In this document: positions 35,628 to 44,617 of the stretch, piece by piece
Numbering within the stretch: the first letter of the stretch is position 1
Layout of the letters: each line of letters starts with the position of its first letter
Assembly: GCA_031414535.1 (NCBI GenBank)
Contig: JANNVQ010000038.1
Location: 51,129-115,128 of the forward strand
From: Gemmatimonas sp.
Lineage (GTDB): Bacteria; Gemmatimonadota; Gemmatimonadetes; Gemmatimonadales; Gemmatimonadaceae
Length of the DNA stretch: 64,000 nucleotides
Direction: 5' to 3'
Program-made: the position numbers and the translations under genes
The notes under the pieces: model-generated
Told to the model about the DNA's origin: nothing
The model's database searches: none
The model's input: the letters and a program-made list of their open reading frames with translations, nothing else

Positions 35628-38531
35628 ATGTCTCGTATGCGTATCCGTTTCGTCAGCAGGTTGCTTGCAGTTCTCGGCTTCTTCGCGGCCGCAGGCGCCG
35701 CCGACGCTCAATCCGGCACGATCGCCGGCCGGGTCACTCAGTCCGACGGCGGCGCGCCGGTTGAGGCGGCTGAAGTCCTTGTCGTCTCCGGCAACTCCAC
35801 CGTTGCGGCAGTGCGCACCGGAGCCGACGGCAGCTATCGCCTCGCCGCGCCTGCGGGCACCTACGCGGTTGTCGCGCGTCAGGGCGGCTACCAGCAGAAG
35901 CGCACCGAAGGCGTGGTCGTGACCGCCGGTCAGACCACGACGCTCAACATCTCGATGGCGCAGATGGTCTCGCGCCTCGATGCCGTCGTGAGCACCGCGA
36001 CGCGCGGCGTGCCCGAGAAGATTCTCGACTCGCCGAACTCCATCTCGATGGTGACCTCGGAGCGCATCGCTGAGCGTGCCGGTGCCATCGGCGTGACGGA
36101 CCACCTCAAGCAGACGCCCGGTCTCTCCATCTCCAACGGTGGCATCGTTCAGGCCAACATCGTCTCGCGCGGGTTCAACAACGCCTTCTCCACCTCGATG
36201 CTGATGCTGCAGGACTACCGCTTTGCCGGTGTCCCCTCGCTCCGCGTCAACGTGCCCTTCCTCTTCACCGGCACGGGCGAAGACATCGAGCGCATCGAAG
36301 TCCTGCAGGGTCCGGCCTCGGCGCTCTACGGCCCGAACTCCGGCGCTGGCGTGCTCCACGTGATCACCAAGTCGCCGTTCGATCCCGTAGCGCAGGGCAC
36401 GACGTTGACGTTGGATGGCGGTGAGCGCTCGATGTTCCGCCTCGCCGGCCGCCACGCCCAGCAGCTCGGCGAGCAGCTGGCGTTTAAGGTCTCGGGCGAG
36501 TACTTCAAGGCCGACGACTGGCAGTACAACGATCCGAACGAACTCGGCTGCGCCACGACCACAGTTGGTGTATACACCGGCAACTACTGCAACGAAGCCC
36601 GCGTCCCGGCTTCCCGTCGGAACCAGCCGTTGGCCCGTGACTTTAGCCTTGAGCGCTACTCTGGCGAGGCTCGCCTCGACTGGCGCCCAGGCCCGAATAC
36701 CGAAGCCATCACCACCTTTGGCTACACGATGGCCGCTAGCGCCATGGAAATCACCACGACCTTCGGCGCCTCGCAGGTGAAGAACTGGAGCTACACCAAC
36801 TTCCAGCAGCGCTTCCGTCATAAGGATTTCTTCGCGCAGGTCTTCTACAACGCGTCCAATTCCGGCAACGCCGACGCGATGGATGACAACGGCACCTTCT
36901 ACCTCCGTTCCGGCATCCCCGTGGTGGACCAATCCACGGTGCTGGTCGGACAGCTGCAGCAGGGCTACACGCTCGGCAACACCAAGCTCACTGGTGGCTT
37001 GGACTACATCGCGACCACCCCGGAAACCAAGGGGACGATTAACGGTCGCAACGATGGCGACGACAACATCACCGAGATCGGCGGCTACCTGCAGTTCACC
37101 ACCCGCCTCACCGACCGTCTCGACCTGATGGGCGCCGCCCGCGGCGACATGAACTCACGCATCGAAGGCACCCAGTTCTCGCCGCGCGCCGCGCTGCTCT
37201 ACAAGCTCTCGGCCACGCAGAACTTCCGCTTCACGTTTAACCGCGCCTTCAACTCACCGGCGTCGTTCGCGATGTTCCTCGACCAGTGGTCGGGCCAGTC
37301 GGCGAACCTGGGACCGGCCATCAACAACCCGGCCACGAACGCCACCGAAATCCGCATCTTCGGTAATCCGGCCAAGGAAGGCTGGCAGTACTCGCGTACC
37401 TGCGCCACCGGCCAGGCGGATGCGGGCGGCCTCTGCATGCAGTCCAACTTCACCGGCAACACGCGCTCGGCCGTTGGCGGTGCCACGATGCTCCCGGCCG
37501 TGATGAACGGCGGTCTGTCCACGCAGCTCGTTGCGGCAATTGCCGGCACGTTCGGCCTTAACGCCACGCAGCAGACCAACATCCGCAACGCACTCAACGG
37601 CCTGTTGCCAAACAACACGCAGGTGCCACTCATCCTGCGGAACGTGCTCGCTGGCAACGCCGTCACGCCGTTCAGCTCGGTGACGGACTACTCTCCTCTC
37701 GGCGCCAACTTCTCCAACACCTGGGAAGTGGGCTACAAGGGCGTGATTGGCAACAAGCTGTCCGTCGCGGTGGACTACTGGTATCAGATCCGCCCGGCGG
37801 ATCCGACCACGCAGGTCATCAATGGTGACGACGTGGTGTTCTTCAATCCGGCCACGCTCGGCGCCTACCTCGGCGCTCCGGGTACGGGCGTGACGGCAGC
37901 CCTCGCCGGTAACGGCGTCCCGGGCCCCGCTATCGGCACGGTAATCACCAACTGGACCACCGCGCTGGCGGGCCTGCCCACGGGTACGCTGGCCTTCAAC
38001 AACGATCTCTACGATCGCAGCTACCTGGTGTTCACCTACCAGAACGCCGACGGCCAGGTTGACGTCCGCGGTATTGACGTTGCGCTCGACTACCAGATTA
38101 ACCCGATGTGGTCGGTGGCCTCGACCTACTCGACGCTCAGCCGCAACGTGTTCACGGATGCCGTCGGCGCCACGCCGACCAATCCGCTGGTTGCCAACAC
38201 CCCGCGTCATCGCGCCTCGCTCACCTTCCGCCGTGCTGACGACGCGAAGGGCATGAGCATGGAGCTCCGCGGCCGTTATGCGGATGCCTTCGACGTGAAC
38301 TCGGGCGTCTTCAATAACTACAACCAGAGCGTGCCAGCTGGTGGCACGGCGTACACCCGCGTGCCGGTCAACGCCTTCATGGACGCGGGCTTCTCTTGGA
38401 AGCTCCCGGTCGCGCAGAACGTCCGCTGGTCGCTCAACGTCCAGAATTTGCTCGACAACCAGGTGCCGTCGTTTATCGGCGTCGCCCCGGTGGGCCGCTT
38501 CGCCACGACCCGCGTTTCGTACAACTTCTAA
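35628..38531 (+). CDS. TonB-dependent receptor with N-terminal carboxypeptidase-regulatory-like domain
   Basis: Start at MSRMRIRFVSRLLAVLGFFAAAGAADAQ (signal peptide). GTIAGRVTQSDGGAPV...GSYRL...GTYAVVARQGGY is CarbopepD_reg-like. The plug motif is IEVLQGPASALYGPNSGAGVLHV. The C-terminal beta-barrel ends in ...TRVSYNF. Confidence 0.9.
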   Translation: MSRMRIRFVSRLLAVLGFFAAAGAADAQSGTIAGRVTQSDGGAPVEAAEVLVVSGNSTVAAVRTGADGSYRLAAPAGTYAVVARQGGYQQKRTEGVVVTAGQTTTLNISMAQMVSRLDAVVSTATRGVPEKILDSPNSISMVTSERIAERAGAIGVTDHLKQTPGLSISNGGIVQANIVSRGFNNAFSTSMLMLQDYRFAGVPSLRVNVPFLFTGTGEDIERIEVLQGPASALYGPNSGAGVLHVITKSPFDPVAQGTTLTLDGGERSMFRLAGRHAQQLGEQLAFKVSGEYFKADDWQYNDPNELGCATTTVGVYTGNYCNEARVPASRRNQPLARDFSLERYSGEARLDWRPGPNTEAITTFGYTMAASAMEITTTFGASQVKNWSYTNFQQRFRHKDFFAQVFYNASNSGNADAMDDNGTFYLRSGIPVVDQSTVLVGQLQQGYTLGNTKLTGGLDYIATTPETKGTINGRNDGDDNITEIGGYLQFTTRLTDRLDLMGAARGDMNSRIEGTQFSPRAALLYKLSATQNFRFTFNRAFNSPASFAMFLDQWSGQSANLGPAINNPATNATEIRIFGNPAKEGWQYSRTCATGQADAGGLCMQSNFTGNTRSAVGGATMLPAVMNGGLSTQLVAAIAGTFGLNATQQTNIRNALNGLLPNNTQVPLILRNVLAGNAVTPFSSVTDYSPLGANFSNTWEVGYKGVIGNKLSVAVDYWYQIRPADPTTQVINGDDVVFFNPATLGAYLGAPGTGVTAALAGNGVPGPAIGTVITNWTTALAGLPTGTLAFNNDLYDRSYLVFTYQNADGQVDVRGIDVALDYQINPMWSVASTYSTLSRNVFTDAVGATPTNPLVANTPRHRASLTFRRADDAKGMSMELRGRYADAFDVNSGVFNNYNQSVPAGGTAYTRVPVNAFMDAGFSWKLPVAQNVRWSLNVQNLLDNQVPSFIGVAPVGRFATTRVSYNF

Positions 38532-38562
38532 GCTCCTTGTAGGCAGCAATTCAGCAGGACCG

Positions 38563-38605
38563 GCGGGGGGTGGGCCAAACGGCCTACCCCCCGCTGTGTA
38601 TTTTG
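38563..38605 (+). terminator. Intrinsic terminator of the TonB-dependent receptor gene
   Basis: GCGGGGGGTGGGCC, an AAAC loop, then GGCCTACCCCCCGC: a 14-bp stem with 1 mismatch. TGTGTATTTTG follows. Confidence 0.75.
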
Positions 38606-38609
38606 CAGG

Positions 38610-39386
38610 GTGATTTTGCTCGATCCCACCAAGCGACTCGTCATCGGCCACCGCGGCGCCCGCGCCGTGCGGCCGGAGAACACCCTGCAGTCTCTGCTGC
38701 ACGCGGTGGAGCTGGGCGTGGACGCGCTGGAGTTTGACCTGCACTTAGCCAAGGATGGCGTGCCCGTGGTGCACCACGACGCCACGCTCGAGCGCACCAC
38801 GGATGCCTCGGGACCCATCCGGGAGCGCTCGTCCCTAGAGCTAGGGCGCGTGAGTGCTAGCCAGCACTTCACATCCGATGGCGGACGTAGCTTTCCCTTC
38901 CGCGCGGCCCGCTTCGCCATCCCCACGCTCTGGGAAGTGCTGGAGGCCTGCCGCGGCCTTCCGCTCATTATCGAGCTGAAGTCGGTGGAGGTCGCCGAGC
39001 CGGCGCTCAAGGTGTTGCGTGAGACCGGCAGCCTGGATCGTGTGCTCGTCGGGAGCTTTCTCGACGAGGCCTTGATTCCTTTTATGCGGGCCGGCGTACC
39101 GATTAGTCCTGGCTCGCGCACGCTTACTTCCCTGTACGCGCGAGCCGCTCTCGGAGTAGGCTCCAAACAGCTGCCGTTTCAAGCCCTCTGTATTCCCCGC
39201 TTTCATTACGTGATTCCGCTACCGGTTGCAGGCTTTGCGCGCATGATGCGCGTCGCCGGTGGCCCCACGCACATCTGGACCATCAATGACCCCGCGCGCG
39301 CCGTTGAGCTCTGGCGCGCTGGCATCAACGGCATCATTTCCGACGACCCGGCACTGATGCTCCGCACACGAGAGAGTCTGCATTGA
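38610..39386 (+). CDS. Glycerophosphodiester phosphodiesterase (GDPD family)
   Basis: GTG start. The canonical GDPD catalytic N-terminus is present: VIGHRGARAVRPENTLQSLLHAVELGVDALEFDLHLAKDGVPVVHHD. Confidence 0.85.
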   Translation: MILLDPTKRLVIGHRGARAVRPENTLQSLLHAVELGVDALEFDLHLAKDGVPVVHHDATLERTTDASGPIRERSSLELGRVSASQHFTSDGGRSFPFRAARFAIPTLWEVLEACRGLPLIIELKSVEVAEPALKVLRETGSLDRVLVGSFLDEALIPFMRAGVPISPGSRTLTSLYARAALGVGSKQLPFQALCIPRFHYVIPLPVAGFARMMRVAGGPTHIWTINDPARAVELWRAGINGIISDDPALMLRTRESLH

Positions 39387-41218
39387 CCGCACCAACGACC
39401 GTTCAAGCCAGCAAGCCGGGCGACAAGCCCGCCAAGAAGCCCACGAACTACAAGGCCGCCTGGGCAGAAACCCGGCGCCTGATGTGGCAGCACCGTAAGT
39501 CGCTGGGCATTGGCCTCGTGCTGATGCTGATCAATCGCCTCTCGGGCCTCGTGCTGCCAGGCAGCGTGAAGTGGATCATTGACGAGGTGCTCACCAAGCA
39601 GCGGATGGAGTTGCTACAGCCAATCGCCATCGCGGCGGCGCTGGCCACGCTGCTGCAAGCCTCAAGCTCGTTCGCGCTCTCGCAGGTGATCTCGGTCGCG
39701 GCGCAGCGCGCCATCACGGAGCTGCGTCGTAAGGTGCAAGCGCGCATCCTCCGCCTGCCGGTGAGCTTCTTTGACGCCACGCAGAGCGGCATCCTGATCA
39801 ATCGCGTGATGAACGACGCGGAAGGCATCCGCAATCTCATCGGCACGGGCATCGTGCAGTTGGTGGGCGGCGTGCTCACGGCAGGCATCGCGCTCGCCTA
39901 CCTGTTCTACCTGAACTGGTTCCTCACGGTGATGACGCTGGTGCTGCTCGCGGTGTTCGGCGGCGGCATGGCCTACGCCTTCATGAAGCTGCGACCGATT
40001 TTTCGCGAGCGCTCCAAGATTCAAGCCGAAGTGAGTGGACGCCTTGGCCAGGCGATGGGCGGAGCCCGCGTGGTGAAGGTGTACACCGCGGAGAAGCGTG
40101 AGGAGATTGTCTTCACCAAGGGCGCGAATCGCCTGTTTCGCAACATCGCGAGCACCATCACGGGCACCTCAGCCGTGGGGGCGCTCGCGACGGTCATCAT
40201 CGGCCTCGTGGGTGTGCTGATCCTCACGGTAGGTGGTCGCGCGGTCGTGCAGGGCTCGATGACGCTCGGTGACCTCATCAGCTACATATTCTTCGTGGGT
40301 CTGGTGAGCTTTCCCGTGGTGCAGATGGCCAACATCGGCACGCAGATTACCGAGGCCTTCGCCGGCCTTGACCGCATCCGCGAGATCTTCGAGACGCCCA
40401 CCGAGGACGAAGATGACCACCAGCGCCAGCGCCTGAACAACGCCAACGGCGACGTGGTCTTCGAGAAGGTGTGGTTTGAGTACCGCGAGGGCATTCCTGT
40501 CCTGAAGGATATCTCCTTCGTCTCCAAGTCGGGCAGCACTACCGCACTCGTCGGCTCGAGCGGCTCGGGCAAGAGCACGCTGATTTCTATCATCCTCGCG
40601 TTCAACCGTCCCAACCAGGGCCGCGTGACGATTGGCGGGCAGGATCTGAACACGCTGCGCCTGCGCGATTATCGCAGCACACTTGGCGTGGTGCTCCAAG
40701 ACAACTTCCTCTTTGATGGCACAGTGGCGGAGAACATCGCGTTCTCGCGTCCCGGAGCGACGCGCGACGAAGTGATTGCGGCGGCACGTGTGGCCAACTG
40801 CGATGATTTCGTGCGCGGCTTCCCGGATGGGTACGAGACCATCGTCGGCGAGCGTGGCGTGAAGCTCTCCGGTGGCCAGCGCCAGCGCGTGGCGATTGCG
40901 CGGGCCATTCTCGCCGACCCGCAGGTGCTCATCCTCGACGAGGCGACCTCGTCACTGGATTCGGAGAGCGAGAAGGAAATCCGCGAGGCGCTGCGGCATC
41001 TGCGGGCGGGGCGCACGACTTTCGTCATTGCGCACCGCCTCTCGACCATTCGCTCGGCGGATCAGATTCTCGTGCTCGAGAACGGTGCAATCGTGGAGCG
41101 TGGTTCGCATCGCGAGCTGATGGCGCTCGGCGGGCGGTATAAAGTCTTGCACGATACGCAGCACGCGGTGGAAACGGATTTGTTTATCAATCCGGGTGAG
41201 GAGCCAGCGCCGGTTTAG
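39383..41218 (+). CDS. ABC exporter, fused permease/ATPase (MsbA/ABCB-like)
   Basis: TTG start overlapping the GDPD stop (TTGA). It has a 6-TM N-terminal half. The ATPase motifs are Walker A GSSGSGKST, signature LSGGQRQRVAIARA and Walker B LILDEATSSLD. Confidence 0.9.
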   Translation: MTAPTTVQASKPGDKPAKKPTNYKAAWAETRRLMWQHRKSLGIGLVLMLINRLSGLVLPGSVKWIIDEVLTKQRMELLQPIAIAAALATLLQASSSFALSQVISVAAQRAITELRRKVQARILRLPVSFFDATQSGILINRVMNDAEGIRNLIGTGIVQLVGGVLTAGIALAYLFYLNWFLTVMTLVLLAVFGGGMAYAFMKLRPIFRERSKIQAEVSGRLGQAMGGARVVKVYTAEKREEIVFTKGANRLFRNIASTITGTSAVGALATVIIGLVGVLILTVGGRAVVQGSMTLGDLISYIFFVGLVSFPVVQMANIGTQITEAFAGLDRIREIFETPTEDEDDHQRQRLNNANGDVVFEKVWFEYREGIPVLKDISFVSKSGSTTALVGSSGSGKSTLISIILAFNRPNQGRVTIGGQDLNTLRLRDYRSTLGVVLQDNFLFDGTVAENIAFSRPGATRDEVIAAARVANCDDFVRGFPDGYETIVGERGVKLSGGQRQRVAIARAILADPQVLILDEATSSLDSESEKEIREALRHLRAGRTTFVIAHRLSTIRSADQILVLENGAIVERGSHRELMALGGRYKVLHDTQHAVETDLFINPGEEPAPV

Positions 41219-41224
41219 CGGGTA

Positions 41225-41349
41225 TTCACCACGAAGGCACGAAGGGCTCGCTGCAAATCTGAAGGTGCGCGCGCCCCCCAAGCTCCGAGAGTTTGGGGGG
41301 CGCGCCTTTGCCTATTCTTACCGTAAACCCTTCGTGCCTTCGTAGTGAA
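41225..41349. terminator. Nested double hairpin between convergent genes (likely bidirectional terminator)
   Basis: The outer 22-bp arms are TTCACCACGAAGGCACGAAGGG (41225-41246) and CCCTTCGTGCCTTCGTAGTGAA (41328-41349), with 1 mismatch. The inner perfect 13-bp stem is GCGCGCCCCCCAA (41269-41281) with TTGGGGGGCGCGC (41293-41305). Confidence 0.65.
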
Positions 41350-41354
41350 GAGGC

Positions 41355-41786
41355 CTACTGCACAATCCGCCGACCACTCACGCGCGAGCCGTCACCAGGC
41401 ATGGACCAATCGCCGGAGAAGGTGTCGCCTTCGAACGTGATATTGATGGTGCCTTCATCGCCCGTGGGCACGGCGATCTTGATGACCATCGAGTTGCCGG
41501 TGCGCGTGGCCTTGCTGATGGGAATCTCCCCGAAGGCCTGACTCATGATTGATCCCGTAAACTCGTTGCCCTCGACTGCTCGGAGTTGCATCACCATGTC
41601 AAAGGCCTGACCCTGCGCCGTGAGGGCCACGGTCCAGCGACCCACCGGGTTCACGAGAGCGGGAGCCGCCGGCATGACGGCGGCGGGCATGGGCGCGGCA
41701 CCCGCCGTAGAGCCAGTGCTCGACTTGGCGCAGGCGGTGGAGAGGACAAGAACGCCCGCAAGGGCGGCTACGGCACGAAAATGCAT
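41355..41786 (-). CDS. Small secreted/lipoprotein-like beta-rich hypothetical protein
   Basis: Start taken at MHFRAVAALAGVLVLSTACAKS (ATG 41786), not at 42104. It has a signal peptide with a Cys and no recognisable catalytic motif. It lies 98 nt downstream of the AAA+ gene on the same strand. Confidence 0.5.
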   Translation of the reverse strand: MHFRAVAALAGVLVLSTACAKSSTGSTAGAAPMPAAVMPAAPALVNPVGRWTVALTAQGQAFDMVMQLRAVEGNEFTGSIMSQAFGEIPISKATRTGNSMVIKIAVPTGDEGTINITFEGDTFSGDWSMPGDGSRVSGRRIVQ

Positions 41787-41884
41787 GACATATCTCGGGG
41801 AGGAGGGTGAAAGGGACTGCACCGCACTACGATACCAGCGAACTCGCGGATTCGACAGGCAGGCAAGGCGAATGGTTTGTAGCG

Positions 41885-43372
41885 TCAGTCCGCCGCCACC
41901 GTGCGCGTGGAGGCCCATTCCCGGAGCTCGGAGATCTTCTCCCACATGGTGCCCGAGAGGGGCCGTGTGGACTGGATCTCCGTGATGAGCATCGCGGTGC
42001 TCAGGGCCGAACCCGCAGAGAAGGCCCCGTAGAGGCCGCCCACCACCACCTGTTCGATCTCCGCGCCGCTGAAACCATCGCTGGCGGCGGCGAGCGCCGC
42101 ACAATCGAACTTCTTGGTGTCCTGGTTTCGCTTGGTGAGGTGAATCTGGAAAATCTCAGCCCTCGCCTCGGCTTTGGGCAGGTCCACAAAGAACACTTCG
42201 TCAAAGCGTCCCTTCCGGATGAACTCCGGCGGCAGCGCGGCGATGTCGTTGGACGTGGCCATTACAAACACATCGCCTTTGCGCTCCTGCAGCCAACTCA
42301 GGAAGGTTCCAAACACGCGCTTGGACACGCCGCCATCCGCATCTCCGCCGCTGGCGAAAGCCTTCTCCAGTTCATCAATCCACAGTACGATGGGCGCCAT
42401 TCGCTCGGCCGTGCGCATGGCGCGCTTGAAGTTCTTTTCACTGTCGCCGATGTACTTGTCGTAGAGATTGGCGGGGTCGAGCTTGAGCAGCGGCAGGCCC
42501 CACTCGCTGGCGACGGCCTTGGCGCAGAGTGACTTGCCGCAGCCAGGCACGCCGAGCAACAGCACCCCGCGCGGAAATCCCAATCCGAACTGCGCGGCCC
42601 GCTGCGGATCGTGCACCACCGCGCGGCGCTTGCTGAGCCAGGCCTTGAAGCCCGCGAGTCCAGCAACTTGTCCTAAGGATTCTTCGGCGGGCCAGTACTC
42701 CAGCAGGCCGTCCTGCTCCACGACTTGCCGTTTTGCCGCCGCCACGCGCTGCACGTCGGAGCCGCGCACCGCACCGTCTTCCATGATCAGCTTCGTCACC
42801 ACCTTCTCGGCTTCGGTGGACGTGAGGCCCACGAGGTTGTTCACGAGACGGGTGCGCTCTTCGTGCGTCAGCTCAACTTTCACCGGCATCTTGGCCGAGT
42901 ACTCGCGGATGACGCGTTCCAGCAGCAGGCGGTGGTCATTGAAATCCGGCGTCGGCAACTCGAGGGTCACCGCATGCGGGCGCAGCGAGTCGGGCAGCTG
43001 GATGCCGTGGCCGGAAATAACAATCGCACCGCGTCGCGCGCCAAAGTGCGCCACGCAATCGAGGACGTGACTCGCGACCACGGCGTCGTCAAGAAAGGGA
43101 CCCAGACCCTTGAAGTGGAACACCCCCACGCCCTCCTGCGGAACGCGTGCCAACGCGGCCGTGGGCTCTGCCGTCTTTTCGATATAGGGGTCGCCTGGCT
43201 GGACCCCGCGGCGAATCCCACGTGAACGGCTCCACGAGAAGAACAGCAGCGACAGTCGTGAGGCGATGAGTGCAAGCATTTCGTCAGCGCGCTCGGGCTC
43301 GGGGGTATCGAGCAGGAGCAGGGCGTACTTGGACCGGATGAGCAGTTCGAGTTCGGTCGCCGTATCTTTCAC
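41885..43372 (-). CDS. Classic-clade AAA+ ATPase with ~230-aa uncharacterised N-terminal region
   Basis: GTG start. The motifs are Walker A GVPGCGKSL, Walker B VLWIDELEKAF, the second region of homology ATSNDIAALPPEFIRKGRFDEVFFVDLP, and a lid with GFSGAEIE. Confidence 0.85.
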   Translation of the reverse strand: MKDTATELELLIRSKYALLLLDTPEPERADEMLALIASRLSLLFFSWSRSRGIRRGVQPGDPYIEKTAEPTAALARVPQEGVGVFHFKGLGPFLDDAVVASHVLDCVAHFGARRGAIVISGHGIQLPDSLRPHAVTLELPTPDFNDHRLLLERVIREYSAKMPVKVELTHEERTRLVNNLVGLTSTEAEKVVTKLIMEDGAVRGSDVQRVAAAKRQVVEQDGLLEYWPAEESLGQVAGLAGFKAWLSKRRAVVHDPQRAAQFGLGFPRGVLLLGVPGCGKSLCAKAVASEWGLPLLKLDPANLYDKYIGDSEKNFKRAMRTAERMAPIVLWIDELEKAFASGGDADGGVSKRVFGTFLSWLQERKGDVFVMATSNDIAALPPEFIRKGRFDEVFFVDLPKAEARAEIFQIHLTKRNQDTKKFDCAALAAASDGFSGAEIEQVVVGGLYGAFSAGSALSTAMLITEIQSTRPLSGTMWEKISELREWASTRTVAAD

Positions 43373-43375
43373 GCG

Positions 43376-44617
43376 ATGCAGGCCTCAGAGAGGGATGCGC
43401 GCGAAGATACTGCTCCGGGCGGCGCTCCGCATCGGGCGCTACTGCTCATCGCCTTCGCCGAACTGCTGGGGATGTCGTTGTGGTTTGCCGGCTCGGCGGT
43501 GTCACCACAGCTCACGGCCCGCTGGGGCCTCTCTCCCGCTCAGGTGGGCGGACTCGCCACGGCAGTACAACTGGGCTTCGTGCTCGGCACTGCCATCTCT
43601 GCCTTGCTCAACCTGGCCGATGTGGTCCCGGCGCGGCGCTTGTTTGCAGTGTCGGCCGTGTGCGGCGCGGCCGCGAACGCGCTCCTGCTGTGGAGCCCGA
43701 GTTATGAATGGGCGCTCGCGGGGCGTGTGCTCACCGGCGCGTTTCTCGCGGGCGTGTATCCGCCAGCGATGAAGATGGCGGCCACTTGGTTTAAGGCGCG
43801 GCGCGGGCTCGCCGTCGCCGTGGTTGTTGGTGCCCTCACCGTCGGGAAAGCGTCGCCGTACGTGTGGCAGGCATTCGTTGGCATGCCGTTCGAATGGCCT
43901 GTCATTGCGGCATCGGCGTCAGCGCTGCTCGCGGCGCTCATGATCGCGCTGTGGTACGAGGACGGACCCTTCGCCTTCCCGGCGCGCCCGTTCTCGTGGG
44001 GACTCATCGGCGAAGTCGCGCGCGCGCCGCAGTGGCGGCGTGCGCTCGGCGGATACCTCGGACACATGGCGGAGCTGTACTCGTACTGGACTTGGATTCC
44101 CGCGTTCTTGGCCGCGAGTGCCATGGCGCATGCAGGCGCTGATGCCGCGAAGTCGCCCTGGATTGCAGTGCTCGCCTTCGCCACAATTGCCATCGGCGGC
44201 ATTGGATGTATTTGGGGTGGCGTGATGGGCGATCGCATTGGCCGCGCGCGCATCGCCTCGCGCTCGATGCTGTTGAGCGGTGCAATCGCACTCGTGATTG
44301 GCTTCAGTTTTGGACGCAGTCCGTGGCTTGTGGGAGTACTGGCCCTGGCGTGGGGATTTTTTGTCATCGCCGACTCGGCGCAGTTCTCCGTGTTGGCCGC
44401 CGAGGCCGTGCCGCCCCACGCCGTGGGCACCGCGCTCACGGTGCAGACGTGTTTCGGGTTCTTGCTCACCACGCTGACCATTCAGTTGATTCCGCCGATG
44501 GTGGAGCGCGTGGGTTGGGACGGCGCCTTTATGATTCTGGCAATCGGACCAGCGCTCGGCGTGTTGGCGCTACGTCCGCTCGTAGCCGCCGAGCGTCGCG
44601 CGAGGATGAGTACGTGA
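43376..44617 (+). CDS. MFS transporter
   Basis: 413 aa with about 12 hydrophobic helices and an MFS-type loop (GDRIGRAR). Its ATG lies only 3 nt from the divergent AAA+ start codon. Confidence 0.8.
   Translation: MQASERDAREDTAPGGAPHRALLLIAFAELLGMSLWFAGSAVSPQLTARWGLSPAQVGGLATAVQLGFVLGTAISALLNLADVVPARRLFAVSAVCGAAANALLLWSPSYEWALAGRVLTGAFLAGVYPPAMKMAATWFKARRGLAVAVVVGALTVGKASPYVWQAFVGMPFEWPVIAASASALLAALMIALWYEDGPFAFPARPFSWGLIGEVARAPQWRRALGGYLGHMAELYSYWTWIPAFLAASAMAHAGADAAKSPWIAVLAFATIAIGGIGCIWGGVMGDRIGRARIASRSMLLSGAIALVIGFSFGRSPWLVGVLALAWGFFVIADSAQFSVLAAEAVPPHAVGTALTVQTCFGFLLTTLTIQLIPPMVERVGWDGAFMILAIGPALGVLALRPLVAAERRARMST

Noticed and set aside
35415-36932. Long antisense ORFs opposite well-supported genes. 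Examples are 35415..36932 (505 aa) and 37254..38744 (496 aa) opposite the TonB receptor, 7421..8710 (429 aa) opposite psuG, and 26790..27953 (387 aa) opposite aguA. Others are 61429..62742 (437 aa) opposite tricorn, 55468..56421 opposite serA, 21099..21941 opposite the SARP gene, and 43702..44481 and 44482..45261 opposite MFS/T2SSF.
   Set aside because: Their products are Arg/Gly/His/Ala-rich low-complexity strings with no motifs. The opposite strand carries clear family signatures. Long stop-free antisense frames are expected in GC-rich DNA.
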